Positions 19,438 to 31,538 are shown, counted from the first letter of the stretch. The stretch is DNA of 64,000 nucleotides from Candidatus Dojkabacteria bacterium (GCA_030950485.1 JAUZRK010000015.1:2010-66009); one strand, 5' to 3'. The notes: generated by a model not told the origin, from the sequence alone. Made by a program: numbers and translations.

Positions 19438-20358
19438 CTAGAATGTTAAAGTAGAGACAAGAGTGTCTGCATCTCTTAAACTGTCAGTATCGCTAGCTTT
19501 AATACTAAATATCACAGGTAAACTAAGAGGATAGTCTCCCTCATATTTAACATTCTTTTTATTTTTACTTAACAAAGTAAGGTGAGTTTCATTAGGGACT
19601 GACTGTAGACAATATTTAACATATTCTATTCTTGTTTCGTTATAGCTACTAGGTATTAAATCTTTAGCAGAATTATAAACAGTCGCAAAATCATCATCAT
19701 TAGGAAAATAGACCCTCAAAAAGTAGCCGCTGTTGTTCTTGAATCTATACATTTTATTTTCAAGGTCTATTAAATCGTCATCATTTCTACAACTAGATAT
19801 AGCTGACCATCCAATGTTTCCAGGAATAAAGAGTAACATTTTAAGTTCTGTGTTATTTATTCTGTTTTTAAATAAAAGATAGTAATTCATTTTTGTAGAG
19901 AAATTGCCCTCTTCTCCAGAAGATTGGCTTATATCCCAGATACACTCGTAATAGGCAAAACTAAAGTTTTCTATATTAGGATTTGAATATTTAATAGCAC
20001 AATCATTTATTCTTGTAAAAGAAGCATCATCTAAAAACGCTTGTGAAAGATTTATAACCATAGCTTCACATACCTCGCTCCCGCCTTCAGTATCAAGATC
20101 ACAACTAAATAACTGATCTTCTCTTAGGTTCTCAAGAAAATCTAATTCTAGAGGCATCGCATCTGATGGCAAGAAGCTAAAGTATTCATTCTCATTATCA
20201 CTATTGTCTTTACTAATAAGCAATTGGCTTAGAAGAGCGGAGAAGAGATAAGAGACTATAAATGCTCCAATTAGCAGAACTGTTCTAGCTAAAATGATTC
20301 TTCTCCTAGTATCTAAGTGTTCTATTATGAATTTAATTTTTAATTTGATTTTCTTCAT
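19438..20358 (-). CDS. Membrane-anchored Cys-containing extracellular hypothetical protein
   Basis: Single N-terminal TM helix, six Cys in the extracellular part; last gene of the hydrolase operon. Confidence 0.7.
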   Translation of the reverse strand: MKKIKLKIKFIIEHLDTRRRIILARTVLLIGAFIVSYLFSALLSQLLISKDNSDNENEYFSFLPSDAMPLELDFLENLREDQLFSCDLDTEGGSEVCEAMVINLSQAFLDDASFTRINDCAIKYSNPNIENFSFAYYECIWDISQSSGEEGNFSTKMNYYLLFKNRINNTELKMLLFIPGNIGWSAISSCRNDDDLIDLENKMYRFKNNSGYFLRVYFPNDDDFATVYNSAKDLIPSSYNETRIEYVKYCLQSVPNETHLTLLSKNKKNVKYEGDYPLSLPVIFSIKASDTDSLRDADTLVSTLTF

Positions 20359-20377
20359 TAGAATTATTTCAATTGGT

Positions 20378-21067
20378 TTATCTTGCCCATTTTATAGTTT
20401 GTAAAATCTGATCTATTTCATAGTTTATAGATGGATCAAAAATTAGATCTTGTGGGTAAGAGATTTTTATCTCGTGAGTGAAATTACCTGCGGAAATTGA
20501 CCTCGTAAATTGACCAGCAAATGCATCATTAGAAGGATATGCTTCATCAATAACTATAATACTCTTATGTGAATCAGGCTTTAAAAAACTATTACTACCA
20601 TCCCCGTTCAGATTTGGAATAAGCAAATCTATCCCATCTATATTTAGGTGTCTATACATATCTACATAACCATTCTCAAGTAACCCTCCGTTCTCTAGTC
20701 CTTCAATTAATGATTTAATCTCAATTGATAAAATTACTCCATTCTTTTCTAATGTAATGACTTCTATAGTTCTGAAGTTATCACTAGTTCTTATATCTCT
20801 TCCTAGGCTCCATTCAGGTGAGGGAAATCTAACTTCAAAACTATTAACTTCAGATTTATAAAGCTTTCTATTATCAAAATTTTCCACAATAACTATATCA
20901 TTAATGTTCTCTAAATTACTTGTTGGGCTACTGGTTGGAATTGTATTATTAATGCTACTCTCGTTGTTAGGTTTATTTTCTTTATCTTCAGTTTCTAAGA
21001 AAGTAAACATTCCTAATGCAATTAATATAAGCATTAGTACTAGCAGTATTAAATATTTCCTATTCAT
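20378..21067 (-). CDS. Membrane-anchored protein, PsbP-like (paralog of 21123-21785)
   Basis: MNRKYLILL anchor, S/T/P linker, FEVRFPSPEW, C-terminal EIDQILQTIKW. Confidence 0.7.
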   Translation of the reverse strand: MNRKYLILLVLMLILIALGMFTFLETEDKENKPNNESSINNTIPTSSPTSNLENINDIVIVENFDNRKLYKSEVNSFEVRFPSPEWSLGRDIRTSDNFRTIEVITLEKNGVILSIEIKSLIEGLENGGLLENGYVDMYRHLNIDGIDLLIPNLNGDGSNSFLKPDSHKSIIVIDEAYPSNDAFAGQFTRSISAGNFTHEIKISYPQDLIFDPSINYEIDQILQTIKWAR

Positions 21068-21082
21068 AATATAAATTTAATA

Positions 21083-21116
21083 AACTCAGTATGTGAATTA
21101 ATTCACATACTGAGTT
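21083..21116. repeat. Perfect palindrome (mRNA-stabilising hairpin or terminator) between paralogs
   Basis: aactcagtatgtgaatt/aattcacatactgagtt. Confidence 0.8.
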
Positions 21117-21122
21117 GTTAGT

Positions 21123-21785
21123 TTAGTCACCCCATTTAATAGATAAAAGAATTTGATCTATTTCTATTAAGATCTCTGGGTCGTAGTAATCTTGGGGAAG
21201 GTCGATAACAATATCATAATTATATTTACCAACATTAAATGCACATTCAAAAACTCCATCATTTTTTACGCTTTCATCTTTTAATCTAACTATTTGAGTG
21301 TAGGTGTATGGACCAAACTTCCCAGGTGAACCATCCCAGCCTTCTACCTTACCTCTCCATAGACTAACTCCATTAATATTTAGGTTAATACTTTCATTGA
21401 AAAATTTTTCTTGATATAAGCCTAGGCACCCTAAATCCTCTCTGTAATTCTCTATTATTATCCTTACTGAATGATTTGACTTAGACAACGTTAATTCTTC
21501 CCGTGCTTCCGATATAGTCTTGTTTAAATTCCATCCCTCATCATAAGAGATACTAAATCCAGATCTTGCACTAATAAAGTCTGGAGTTCGACCAGTAAAT
21601 ATTTGTTCGTATTCAAGATCATCAGATTGATCATCAGTCACAGGATTACTTGTAGGAGAATCAGTAAGTACATTACTATTGTTCTCTGAACTATTGCCAT
21701 CACTTTCTTCTTGCGTCAATTCAAATGTGGTAGCACTTATAGCAAATATCGCTAAGAGAATTAAAACCAAATATTTCTTATTCAT
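21123..21785 (-). CDS. Membrane-anchored protein, PsbP-like (paralog of 20378-21067)
   Basis: MNKKYLVLILL anchor, GFSISYDEGW, C-terminal EIDQILLSIKW. Confidence 0.7.
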   Translation of the reverse strand: MNKKYLVLILLAIFAISATTFELTQEESDGNSSENNSNVLTDSPTSNPVTDDQSDDLEYEQIFTGRTPDFISARSGFSISYDEGWNLNKTISEAREELTLSKSNHSVRIIIENYREDLGCLGLYQEKFFNESINLNINGVSLWRGKVEGWDGSPGKFGPYTYTQIVRLKDESVKNDGVFECAFNVGKYNYDIVIDLPQDYYDPEILIEIDQILLSIKWGD

Positions 21786-21830
21786 AAAATTATTTAATAA
21801 TCAAAATTAATTAAACTCAGCACACTTGTT

Positions 21831-24800
21831 TTACCACGTGTACCAAGATGTTCCTTCATAACTAAATACACCAGCCCAGGTTCCTCCAGGTTTTGACTTA
21901 TTAATTACACTGTCCTTATTAGCAGTTCCCATTACATAAAAGTGAACTGTTCCTCCTAACTTTTTATTTCTAAACCTATATACAGCCTCTGTTCCATTTA
22001 CACAACCATTGCTATACCTATAAGATTTCCATGCTTCACCCTCGAATGTATAAGCTCCTGCCCAATCTCCTCCTGGTGCAATTTTACTTTTAAGGTTATC
22101 TCTTTCTGTGTCTCCTAAAAGATAGAAATGTGTCCCAGGGTAATGGTTGTTCCCAAACCTATAGACACTTTCTTCTTTTATTACAATTACATTAACTCTT
22201 TCTGTAACAGTATTATTTGATGTAACTGGATCATTCTGACTTCCACTAGTCTCTGCCTTAAATGTATTATAACCAGTATTATTTAGTTTTAATACAATAT
22301 CAGCTCGAGGCTTAATACCTGGCATAATTGAACTATAATTACATATAACTATCGAACCTGAAAGACTGCAACTAGATGGTTTACTAACTAAACTATATCC
22401 GCTAGGAAGAGTTAATTTAGAAACTACTCCCGTCGCTGTAATTGTTGAACTCATATTATGAGTATTCATAGACATAGTAAACTGTTCTCCTTTACTTACA
22501 GTTGTTTTACTAGGAGTTAAATAAACTCTAAGATCTACTGAACTGCTATTTGTAGGAGGTTCAACCGGCGGAACTACTACAGATCCTTTAAACTCACTAG
22601 GATTTCCGAATGCATAATAAGCAACTCTTTCATGTCTATAATTTATACTACTAAGATCTACACTTTTACCAAGATTGTAGAAGTGTGTTTGCCTACTATT
22701 TTCAGTATTAATGTATCTTTGAACTGGTGATGATCCATTGTAATCATCTTTTAAAGTCTCATCTTTAGTTGTTATCGGCGGATAAGCATAAAAAGCTAAA
22801 GCCGGATTTAAATAGTCAGGTATTGTAATAGAATTCTCAGTTGCAACATAAAGTAACGATTGATATACGTCACTCCAATATTGATAAACAGGTACAGTTC
22901 CAGTCGCTCTATTTTTAAAAGCATAAAAGGCTGTCATATCAAATCTCCAAATTGAAATACTATACTTAACCTGAATTTTATCTTTTGCATCATTTCCAAT
23001 TACGTATAGGTGAGCTGTTTGCCCCTCTATAGGTTTGTAAAATCTGTAAACTGGAGATAATCCAGTAGCAGGATCTACTTCAGCTATTCCAGTATTAGTA
23101 TGAGCTCTACAAGTCACTGCATCATCAATATAAAATATTGGTTGCCCTCCATTCCCAAGACTCCAGCTTATAGTTGGATCATCGTCATATGAATCAGGAC
23201 TGAAATTCTTCTCAGTAGTATAGAAATTTCTAAACGGACTGCTATTCTGAGTAAAAAGGTATACCGGTTTATATAAGTTATCAGGATTAGTTTTATATGC
23301 GAAACATATATTACTTTTATCAAAGTATTCCCCCGTACCAACTAAACTACCTGCTCTTTCATAATCTGCTGTAATCTCTATAACATCTCCTTGTGGTTTA
23401 TAAAGTGTATAAACTTTAAGTGGAGAATTCACCACCTCAGCTACTTCTTTCCCACCAGTTTTATATCCTCCATTACAAATTATTCCAACAGTATCTCTGT
23501 AAACGCAGAACGTATCTCGATCATCAAAGTAAATTGTATTCATTAAAAGCGGTTGGTCTCCAGGGCTTCCAAATTGAATAAGTTCTGAAGTCGAACCGTC
23601 CTTTGCTTTTATTGAAACAGCTGTATCTGTTAGTGCAATTCCTGAGATACTGCTTGTACTTGATCTTGTACTTACGCACCTTAAAGTATCAACGCTGTAA
23701 GAACATATATCGTCAAGCCCATCACTATTAATATCACCAAGAGCTAGGTATCCAAAAGGAATATTAGTCATTGGTGAACTTACAGTTCTGCTTGTATCAA
23801 TTACTCCATTTCTATTCATTGCACATTCAACTCCAGAGGTACTGTACACACATAATTCATCATATCCATCCCCATTTAAATCTCCTATCGCCGGAATACT
23901 TCCAACTTCTCCAAATTTAATTCGAATTACTCCTGGACAAATAAGCTCCCCTTCTCTATAAACACACCTCTCAGAAATACCATCACCGTTAATGTCTCCA
24001 ACTACAGGTAAATCCTTCGGATCTCCTATTTTGTTCTGGCTTTCAAAACCTATCTTACCTGGATCAGTATCACAGTAATAGTTCACTTCTTCTTCATTGA
24101 ACTTACAAAGGTCTTCATACCCATTACCGTCAATATCTTTTTTAAATACAGTTGTATATGGTAGATAAAATTTAAGTTTAAACGGTTCAGCTTTTGCAGT
24201 TAAAGTTACTCCAGAAGAGTTAGTATACTGATACTCAACTGTCCACTCAATTTCTTTGTTTACGGGGAATTGATCAATCTCTAAGAACTGAACTTCAAGC
24301 GCTGAGTTAGCATTAAATTCTTTATCACCATATTTAATTACTGCTTTTTTAACTTCCGAGTTAGTGAATCCTTCAAAATCCCAACTGAAATTTAAAAACT
24401 TCTTTACAGTATCAATATTTACAACAGAATTATCTACAGGACTCTTCAATATTAACTCTGGCGTTATTTTAAAACTAGTCTTTGCAGGATCTGTCCAAAT
24501 ATATTCATTTGTATTCCCGTTATTATTACTATCTGCTATGTCCTTGTAATATGCTGTTATATCCCAAGTTAAGTTTTTTCCTTCAATCGATGCCAAAGTA
24601 GAATAGGGTACTGAAACTGATGTTCCACTAATTTTTCCTTGATAATAGTAAGCTCCAGAAACGCTAGTTGGCCTGTCTCCACTAGCATCATAAATCCATA
24701 ACTCATAGTATCTAGTATCATTCCCGCTGCTGTTTGAGTCAGCTAAGAATTCCTCCCATTCAAATCTAATAGAGTTTCCGTCTGGTTCAGGAGTAGCATT

Positions 24801-27800
24801 TCCTATAGGAGATATAGGTTGTATCATGTTTGGAAAGTTATCTGACTTAAAGGCAATTCCACCTAAATCTACTGATACTGGCGTTCCTTTATAAACTTCA
24901 TTACAAATTGAATCGTCAGAGAATTTCTCCGAAGGATCTATAGACTTACCATATCCAGCAGAGTCTAATGTAGCTGTATCTAAGAATGTGAAATGTAAAT
25001 GGTATCCACATGTCCAGCCAGTATATCCAACTTTACCTATAATTTCTCCCCTTTTAATCTTAGTACCAGGTACTTGTAGTCTATCTGGAATACTATTTTT
25101 CATTAGATGTAAGCATATTGAAGAGGTTTGGTCATCATATTTAATTGTAACCATGTTAACTGTACTAGCATATGAGCTTGAGCAGCCACCTTGGTTCACG
25201 AATTGTTTATATATGCCATCTTCATATTTATCTGTTGCAATGTAAATAGTACCATCGGCTACAGTTGCAATTTCTTCTCCAAAACCCATACCAAAATCCA
25301 ATGCGTACTGATTATAATATTCACCTGTAACATGACTTCCGCCGTCATTTAAAAAGTCCTGACTAACCTCATGACTGATATCCCCTGGCCAAGGCAACTT
25401 ATAAGGACTCTCCTTACACTCCAAAACCACCTCGCTCTGCCCAAATCCAAAATCCAAACTATCACTAATTCCTAAAACCGTAGGGCTACTAATATCTCCA
25501 TATTGCACTAATAACTCAGAATCTACACTATAAGAATCGGTAATATCTCCATTACTTGGAACTCTAAGAATTTCAAAATGTAAGTGACAACCTTGATCCT
25601 CAAGCGGAGCCTCGGGATTATCTCTAACGTATCCAGTATTACCAACAGTACCAATTACCTGATTAGTGAGAATCTGATCTCCAACTTCAACATAAACATC
25701 CCTAAGGTGGTAATAAACAGATATATAACGATCTCCATTACTAAAAGTATGTAATATTTTTACGTAATTTCCAGGAGTATCGCTAGCACTTTCATTTCCT
25801 AAAACAACACCCTCAGTAAAAATCTCTATTATCTCTCCACCAGCAGGAGCTAAAACTTCTGTACCGCAATACAGTCCATAGTCAGTACCATTATGCAGCG
25901 TTCCATCCCTCTCTCCAAATTCAGAAGTAATCGAAACAACATACTCCTCACCAGTCTCAGGGTTAATTTGAATTTCACTATAAGGTCTTTCAAAACTAAC
26001 ACCATCCTCAGGATTTATAACAGGAGTAGAATCAAAACCCTGACATAAAAAGTTATCCAAAGTCCAACCGACAGTACCAGTTAAAGTCATAACCTGCATC
26101 CAATTATTACCTTCAGGATCAATAAAATTATCAATAAGATAAAGCGAATCACCAAGATTTAATTTATATAAAACAATACTTGAATATCTAGGAGAATAAA
26201 ATAATTCAACGCCAGCAGTATTACAAACATGAGCCTCTGTATAAGCTATGACCTCGCTTCCAACTCTAGTTACCTCCGCTAAATTACAACTACTTAACGC
26301 ACTATCAATCTGAGTATAACCAACTCTCCCGTCACTAAGTTCAGCCCTAAACCATTTAGCTCCGTTTATATCAAAAAGATATCCAGTTATTAGAACCTCC
26401 TCAGTACTTGGTAAGATAGTGATCCAATTACTAGAACTTGAAGGTGCCTGATAAATTACTAAACCACTATTTGAATTAACTAAACACGCTACATTACTAC
26501 CAATTCCAAAGTTATCATCGCCAGTATAATCAGGCAGCTCACTATCAGGATTACTTGTAAACTCCTCACCAACTAATCTAATATCAAATCTTAAAGTATC
26601 ATTATTAGACTCTTTTCCAGTTTTATCGTAAGCATCCTTAAACCAAGTCACCCCCTCATGAATAGCATCAATCTCTAAAACATAATCACCATTTTCTTCA
26701 GGAGTTAAAACTTTCAAAGTAATGTTTTTTGTATCGTTATAACTAACTCTAGAACTTAAAATCGCTCTATTATTATCTTTTTTATACATTGTAGTAGTAC
26801 CATCACTATTTAATAAAAGCCAATGATAAGAAATACTAACTGGGTTGTTAAGTCCTTCAATAACCGGGTACCAATTTAATGATCCAGTATTTTTAATAAT
26901 GAACTCTATATTAAATTCATTTGAAGTATTAAATTCAACTGGTAGATCTATTATTCCATAGTTACCACTTTCTACTTATTCATCTTCTAAATATTCAATA
27001 CTATAAATAGGTATTTCAGGCAGAGTAGGAGTATCATTATCCCCACTCCCTGATCCATCTCCTGTATTAGGATCCCCATTTTCACCATTAGTCCCATCAT
27101 CAGGATTCTCTGTACTTTCTTTAATAATGAAAATTGAATCACTATAAACTTCAGAAATATTTCCAGCAGTATCTTTATACTTTACAAAAACATCAGCACT
27201 TCCAAACTCTATAGCAAAATCAAAACTCTCAAGTATGATCGAATGATTTTCTTCACCATTATCTGGAAAATTAGCCCATTCACTCCAAGTCGAAGAATCA
27301 GTGCTTATTGAGTAAGATACTGCAGTTTGAAAAATCTTAGCTTCTACAGGAGGTACGCATTCTCCAAGATAGTCACCATGTTCAAGGTGAGAATCGAGTG
27401 CATTTTCTGAAATTGTTATCTCGTATTTATTTTCTGGATTTCCATTTGGAATATGACAAATCTCAACTTTTAGTTTTTTAGTTTCTGTATCTACCTTATC
27501 ATTCTTCTTTTCCTGTCCTAAACCTTCTTCATCTGCTGGTTCAGAGGTGTTCCCCACCTCTAAATCTTTCCCATCGTCATTATCTAGACTTTCGATTTCC
27601 CCTGCTTCGTCAGTACACAAACCTAAATAATCACCATGTTCAAGATGAGAATCTAAAGCGCTTTCAGAAACTGAAATCTCATGAGCTACTTCATTACCTA
27701 GTTCGGGTTTATGGAATATTTCAACCTTACTTCCTTCTGAATCAGTTTCTGTAGTTTCTGGTAAGATCTCTTTAATAAATGAATCGTATGAATTTAAATA

Positions 27801-28298
27801 TATATTTACAATGCTTGAATCTGAGATTTCATCATTGCCATCAAGTGCTTTTATGTCTATAGAACCACTTGGCTTCCCTTGATCTAAAATTATTCTATCT
27901 CAAGATGAAACTGAGCTAATCTCGTCAACCTTAACCTCTATACAAATCTCATGTTCATCCTCGACTGTAGGAATATATCCAATTCGAGATAAATAACTTC
28001 CGCCTTCGTCTTCAAATATCTCTACCTCTTCAAATTCGCTCCATCCAGAATTATCTGAAAATTTATACTTTGCAAAACTAGGTGTAAAACCTTCGCTTAA
28101 ATAAGTTTTTGTATTTACTAAAACCTTATTTGTGAACTTATTATCTAAATAAGTATCTGAACTTGGATTTACAACTAATGAAACGGAATTAGCTGCTGGA
28201 TCAATTACTTCTTGTGCTTTTACTGCAGGTATTAAGCCAACTAATGGCGAAAGTAAAATCTGCAATAATAATATTAATGTTAATAATTTATTTTTCAT
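21831..28298 (-). CDS. Giant secreted multidomain peptidoglycan hydrolase (about 2155 aa): signal peptide, His-rich repeats, Ig-like, SH3b x2, M23 x2, FG-GAP repeats, DUF5648-like repeats, DUF11-like; interrupted by in-frame TGA (27900-27902) and TAA (26976-26978)
   Basis: ORFs 27900-28298, 26976-27620 and 21831-26789 are in the same frame with open sequence between; HNGTD/YYHL/HLHF and ALD/CLHL/HLHF M23 motifs; GDINGDGxxE repeats; PVYRFY..HLY repeats. Confidence 0.85.
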
Positions 28299-28320
28299 GA
28301 TTTTTAAATGATTTCTATAA

Positions 28321-28959
28321 CTAAATATCTAAACTAATCGATTCTCTAATAACGCTATATTCTTCAAATGACTGAATTACAAAAGATGCTTTTGATGAAT
28401 CATTATTAAAAAATACTTCAGGCGTATAGAGTACGCCTGAGTTATTACCGAATTGATCGAAAAGGTAGCTATTTAGTACCTCTCCATTTGTTAAATTGAT
28501 AATATCCACTGACCTTGGAGTAGAGTAAGCTACTTTATTATTATCAGCACTGATGCTGACTAAAACTTGATCGCTAATATTTGTAGCAAGAACTTCTTGT
28601 GTATTATTTACCAAATTAATTAAACTTATTAATTTACTATCTTTTCCAAATGTATATATTAATTTAGTATTATCATCACTTAGCTTTGCCGTTATTACAT
28701 ATTGATTGTCTGTTAAGTAATTAACAACAATTCCGTTTTCATCTAACTCAGCAATTCTCCTTGATGTACCATTATCTAAAATCGCAAAATTAGAATTACT
28801 AATTTTATTTATTTCAAAAGATATATTTGAAACCTCCTCTGAGATACCCTCCTCTGCATTCGTTCTTATAGTGAATAAAATAAGACCGTATGTTAATAAA
28901 GTAGTTACTACAAATAAGCGTACAGAGTTTTGTGATATAAATTTTTTACTTATCCTCAT
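28321..28959 (-). CDS. Membrane-anchored/secreted protein with beta-propeller-like (TolB/WD40-like) repeats
   Basis: N-terminal helix, repeats LSDDNTKLIY, ISADNNKVAY, FNNDSSKASF. Confidence 0.6.
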   Translation of the reverse strand: MRISKKFISQNSVRLFVVTTLLTYGLILFTIRTNAEEGISEEVSNISFEINKISNSNFAILDNGTSRRIAELDENGIVVNYLTDNQYVITAKLSDDNTKLIYTFGKDSKLISLINLVNNTQEVLATNISDQVLVSISADNNKVAYSTPRSVDIINLTNGEVLNSYLFDQFGNNSGVLYTPEVFFNNDSSKASFVIQSFEEYSVIRESISLDI

Positions 28960-29110
28960 AATATTTGTTAATAAAATAATTAATGTATATATTATCCAGA
29001 TAGACGTATTCGGATAGTATCAAAAAAAAAGAAAGATAACATTGCATTGCAGCGCAAGTTTTCTGACAAAAGTGAAGAAATAATGAAGTAGAGTCTCAAA
29101 AGGTACAAAA

Positions 29111-29138
29111 ATAGGGCACAATCGAAATTGTGCCCTAT
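29111..29138 (-). terminator. Terminator hairpin after zwf-gnd
   Basis: atagggcacaat/attgtgccctat, followed by a T-tract on the minus strand. Confidence 0.75.
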
Positions 29139-29156
29139 GAAAATTAAAACTATGAA

Positions 29157-31460
29157 CTATTTCCTCACATCATGCCCACCAAACTGGTTTCTAAGTGCAG
29201 AAACAACTTGTCCAATATAGCTAGGATTACTTTTTGAATCTATTCTAAACTGCAAAGCATCTTCAATAACCTTTACTAATATGTCGATCTCTTTTGCAGC
29301 TTCAACAGTCCATTTTCCTTCGCCGTTACTATCAACTTCGCCGGAAATATTTTCTAAAGTAACTCCATCTTGATCAAAAGCTTTTAATAACCAACCAATC
29401 AATCTAGATTGGATAACACTACCTTTATTATAAATTTCAGAAACATCTTTTAGATTTAAGTTGAAATTTGATTTTCTTAAGACCTCAAAGCCTTCTGCAA
29501 TAGCCTGCATCATTCCATATTCAATTCCATTATGTACCATTTTTACAAAATGACCAGCTCCAGCTCCTTCAAAGAACTTATAACCACAAGGGAATGATAT
29601 CTGTTTAAACAATTCTTCAGTATGTAAGAAATTAGTATAATTCCCACCAATCATTGCGCAAGCACTATTTCTAGCACCACTAGGACCTCCTGAGATTCCA
29701 ACATCAATAAAATTAATGCCCTTCTGTTCAATTACCTCATATCTTTTAATAGTATTTTTATAATTTGAATTTCCAGCATCAATTAAATAATCTCCAGGCT
29801 CTAAATAATTTATTAATCCATCTTTAGCAACTAAAACATCTTCTACCGCATCGCCAGATGGAACCATAACCCAAATAATTCTAGGTGCTTTAAGTTTTTC
29901 TACTAATTCTTTATATGAATAAGCTCCTTCTCCTCCTAATCCAACAAAATTATCAATCTTATCTTTAGACCGATTATAAGCTATAACTTTCCAACCTTCT
30001 TCTAAAAGTTGTTCTGCAATACCTTGTCCCATTTTGCCTAAACCAACTACACCTATTTCTTTATTAGTTTTGTACGTGAACTTCTCATTAATGTAGTTAG
30101 ATGATTCAATAGCCTTATCTGAGTTTTGTTTATAGGTTTCTAGAGCAACTACATTATCATCCCAAGCGTTTACAATTGGATCAATAAATCTCCATGAAGC
30201 TAATACTTCTTTAAAACTTACAAACCAGGTCTGTTTTCCATGTATTACATCTAAAATTCCAATTTTGTATTCATCTAAGTACTGCTTTCTCTCCTTTGAT
30301 TCAAGAATCTTGCATTCTAGATTATCCCCATTGGCATACGACATCATATCGAAATTTATAGATAGATTTTCTTTAGGAGGAAGATTGAATTTAATATAAT
30401 TTTCTAAATTTTCAACTCCAAGATCTTTATGTGCTTTATCTACTTCTACTTCTCTAAATGTAATTTTTACATATTTTTCTTCGCTAGGAAGTTTTTTTCC
30501 TGACTGAATAATAATAGGTACATTTCTCCATTTAGGCATATCAATATAAAACTTTATTTTAAAGAATGTTTCTTTATTAGACTTTTTGTTAACACCGTCT
30601 ATTTCTCTGTATCCTTTATACTGAGCTCTATAGGTGTTATATTTTATCTCCTCAATATTCAATATTTTAAGTCTTGAAAGTAAATCAGCTCTCGCGCTTC
30701 TAATCTCTGCTGAACTAAAATCAACAGGCTTATCCATTGTTAATAAAGCTACTATTTGCAGAATATGATTTTGTCCTACGTCTTTTAATGTTCCTACACT
30801 ATCATAGAAGGCTCCTCTAGTTTCAACTCCGAAATCTTCATTTAAAACGATTTCAATTTTCTCTATTGAATCATTATCCCAGGCGAATTTATAAATAGAA
30901 TTGAAAAATCTTAATGCAAAGATATTTCTTACAATTCCCTTATGAAGATAGTGGTCAATTAAGAAAGTTTCTTCTTCACTAAAGCATGACTCTAAGAGTC
31001 TATTGATTTTTATTGCGCTTAAAAAATCAGTTCCTATTGGTTTCTCAACTATAATCCTAATATTTGTATCTTTAAATTCACCTCTAATATTTTTTAGATT
31101 ACCGATAATATCTGAATATGCATCTCCTCTTACAGCAAGATGGAAGATAGTATTTGAAGTAGAGTTCTTTAGTATTAATTTGCTTAACTCCTCATATCCT
31201 TTTGGATCATTAAAATCAGTTGAAACAAATTCTATTATTTCAAGGAATTTTTCAGTGCTTTCGCTGTAGTTATGAAGAACTTGTGTCTTTAGATATTCTC
31301 TAAATTCTTTATTATCAAAGGTTCTCCGAGAGATTCCTATAATTTTGAAATTTTTTGAAAGCTTATTTTCTTTATATAGTTCGAAGAGGGCTGGGAGGAT
31401 CTTCTTTTTAGCAAGATCTCCAGTTGCACCAAATAAAGCGAATGTTGCTGAGTTATCCAT
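29157..31460 (-). CDS. zwf-gnd: Fused glucose-6-phosphate dehydrogenase / 6-phosphogluconate dehydrogenase (short type)
   Basis: GATGDLAKKKILPAL, EKPIG, IDHYL, DVGQNHILQ, then IGVVGLGKMG, DAGNS, GHFVKMVHNGIEYGMMQ, SALRNQFGGH in one ORF. Confidence 0.9.
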   Translation of the reverse strand: MDNSATFALFGATGDLAKKKILPALFELYKENKLSKNFKIIGISRRTFDNKEFREYLKTQVLHNYSESTEKFLEIIEFVSTDFNDPKGYEELSKLILKNSTSNTIFHLAVRGDAYSDIIGNLKNIRGEFKDTNIRIIVEKPIGTDFLSAIKINRLLESCFSEEETFLIDHYLHKGIVRNIFALRFFNSIYKFAWDNDSIEKIEIVLNEDFGVETRGAFYDSVGTLKDVGQNHILQIVALLTMDKPVDFSSAEIRSARADLLSRLKILNIEEIKYNTYRAQYKGYREIDGVNKKSNKETFFKIKFYIDMPKWRNVPIIIQSGKKLPSEEKYVKITFREVEVDKAHKDLGVENLENYIKFNLPPKENLSINFDMMSYANGDNLECKILESKERKQYLDEYKIGILDVIHGKQTWFVSFKEVLASWRFIDPIVNAWDDNVVALETYKQNSDKAIESSNYINEKFTYKTNKEIGVVGLGKMGQGIAEQLLEEGWKVIAYNRSKDKIDNFVGLGGEGAYSYKELVEKLKAPRIIWVMVPSGDAVEDVLVAKDGLINYLEPGDYLIDAGNSNYKNTIKRYEVIEQKGINFIDVGISGGPSGARNSACAMIGGNYTNFLHTEELFKQISFPCGYKFFEGAGAGHFVKMVHNGIEYGMMQAIAEGFEVLRKSNFNLNLKDVSEIYNKGSVIQSRLIGWLLKAFDQDGVTLENISGEVDSNGEGKWTVEAAKEIDILVKVIEDALQFRIDSKSNPSYIGQVVSALRNQFGGHDVRK

Positions 31461-31512
31461 ATGAATTTATCTACTAAATATATAGTAATAGAAAATTGAT
31501 ATGAATGTAAGT

Positions 31513-31538
31513 AGGGGGCAGTTAATTCCCGCCCCCTG
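31513..31538 (-). terminator. GC-rich hairpin downstream of the giant adhesin
   Basis: agggggc.../gccccct inverted repeat. Confidence 0.55.
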
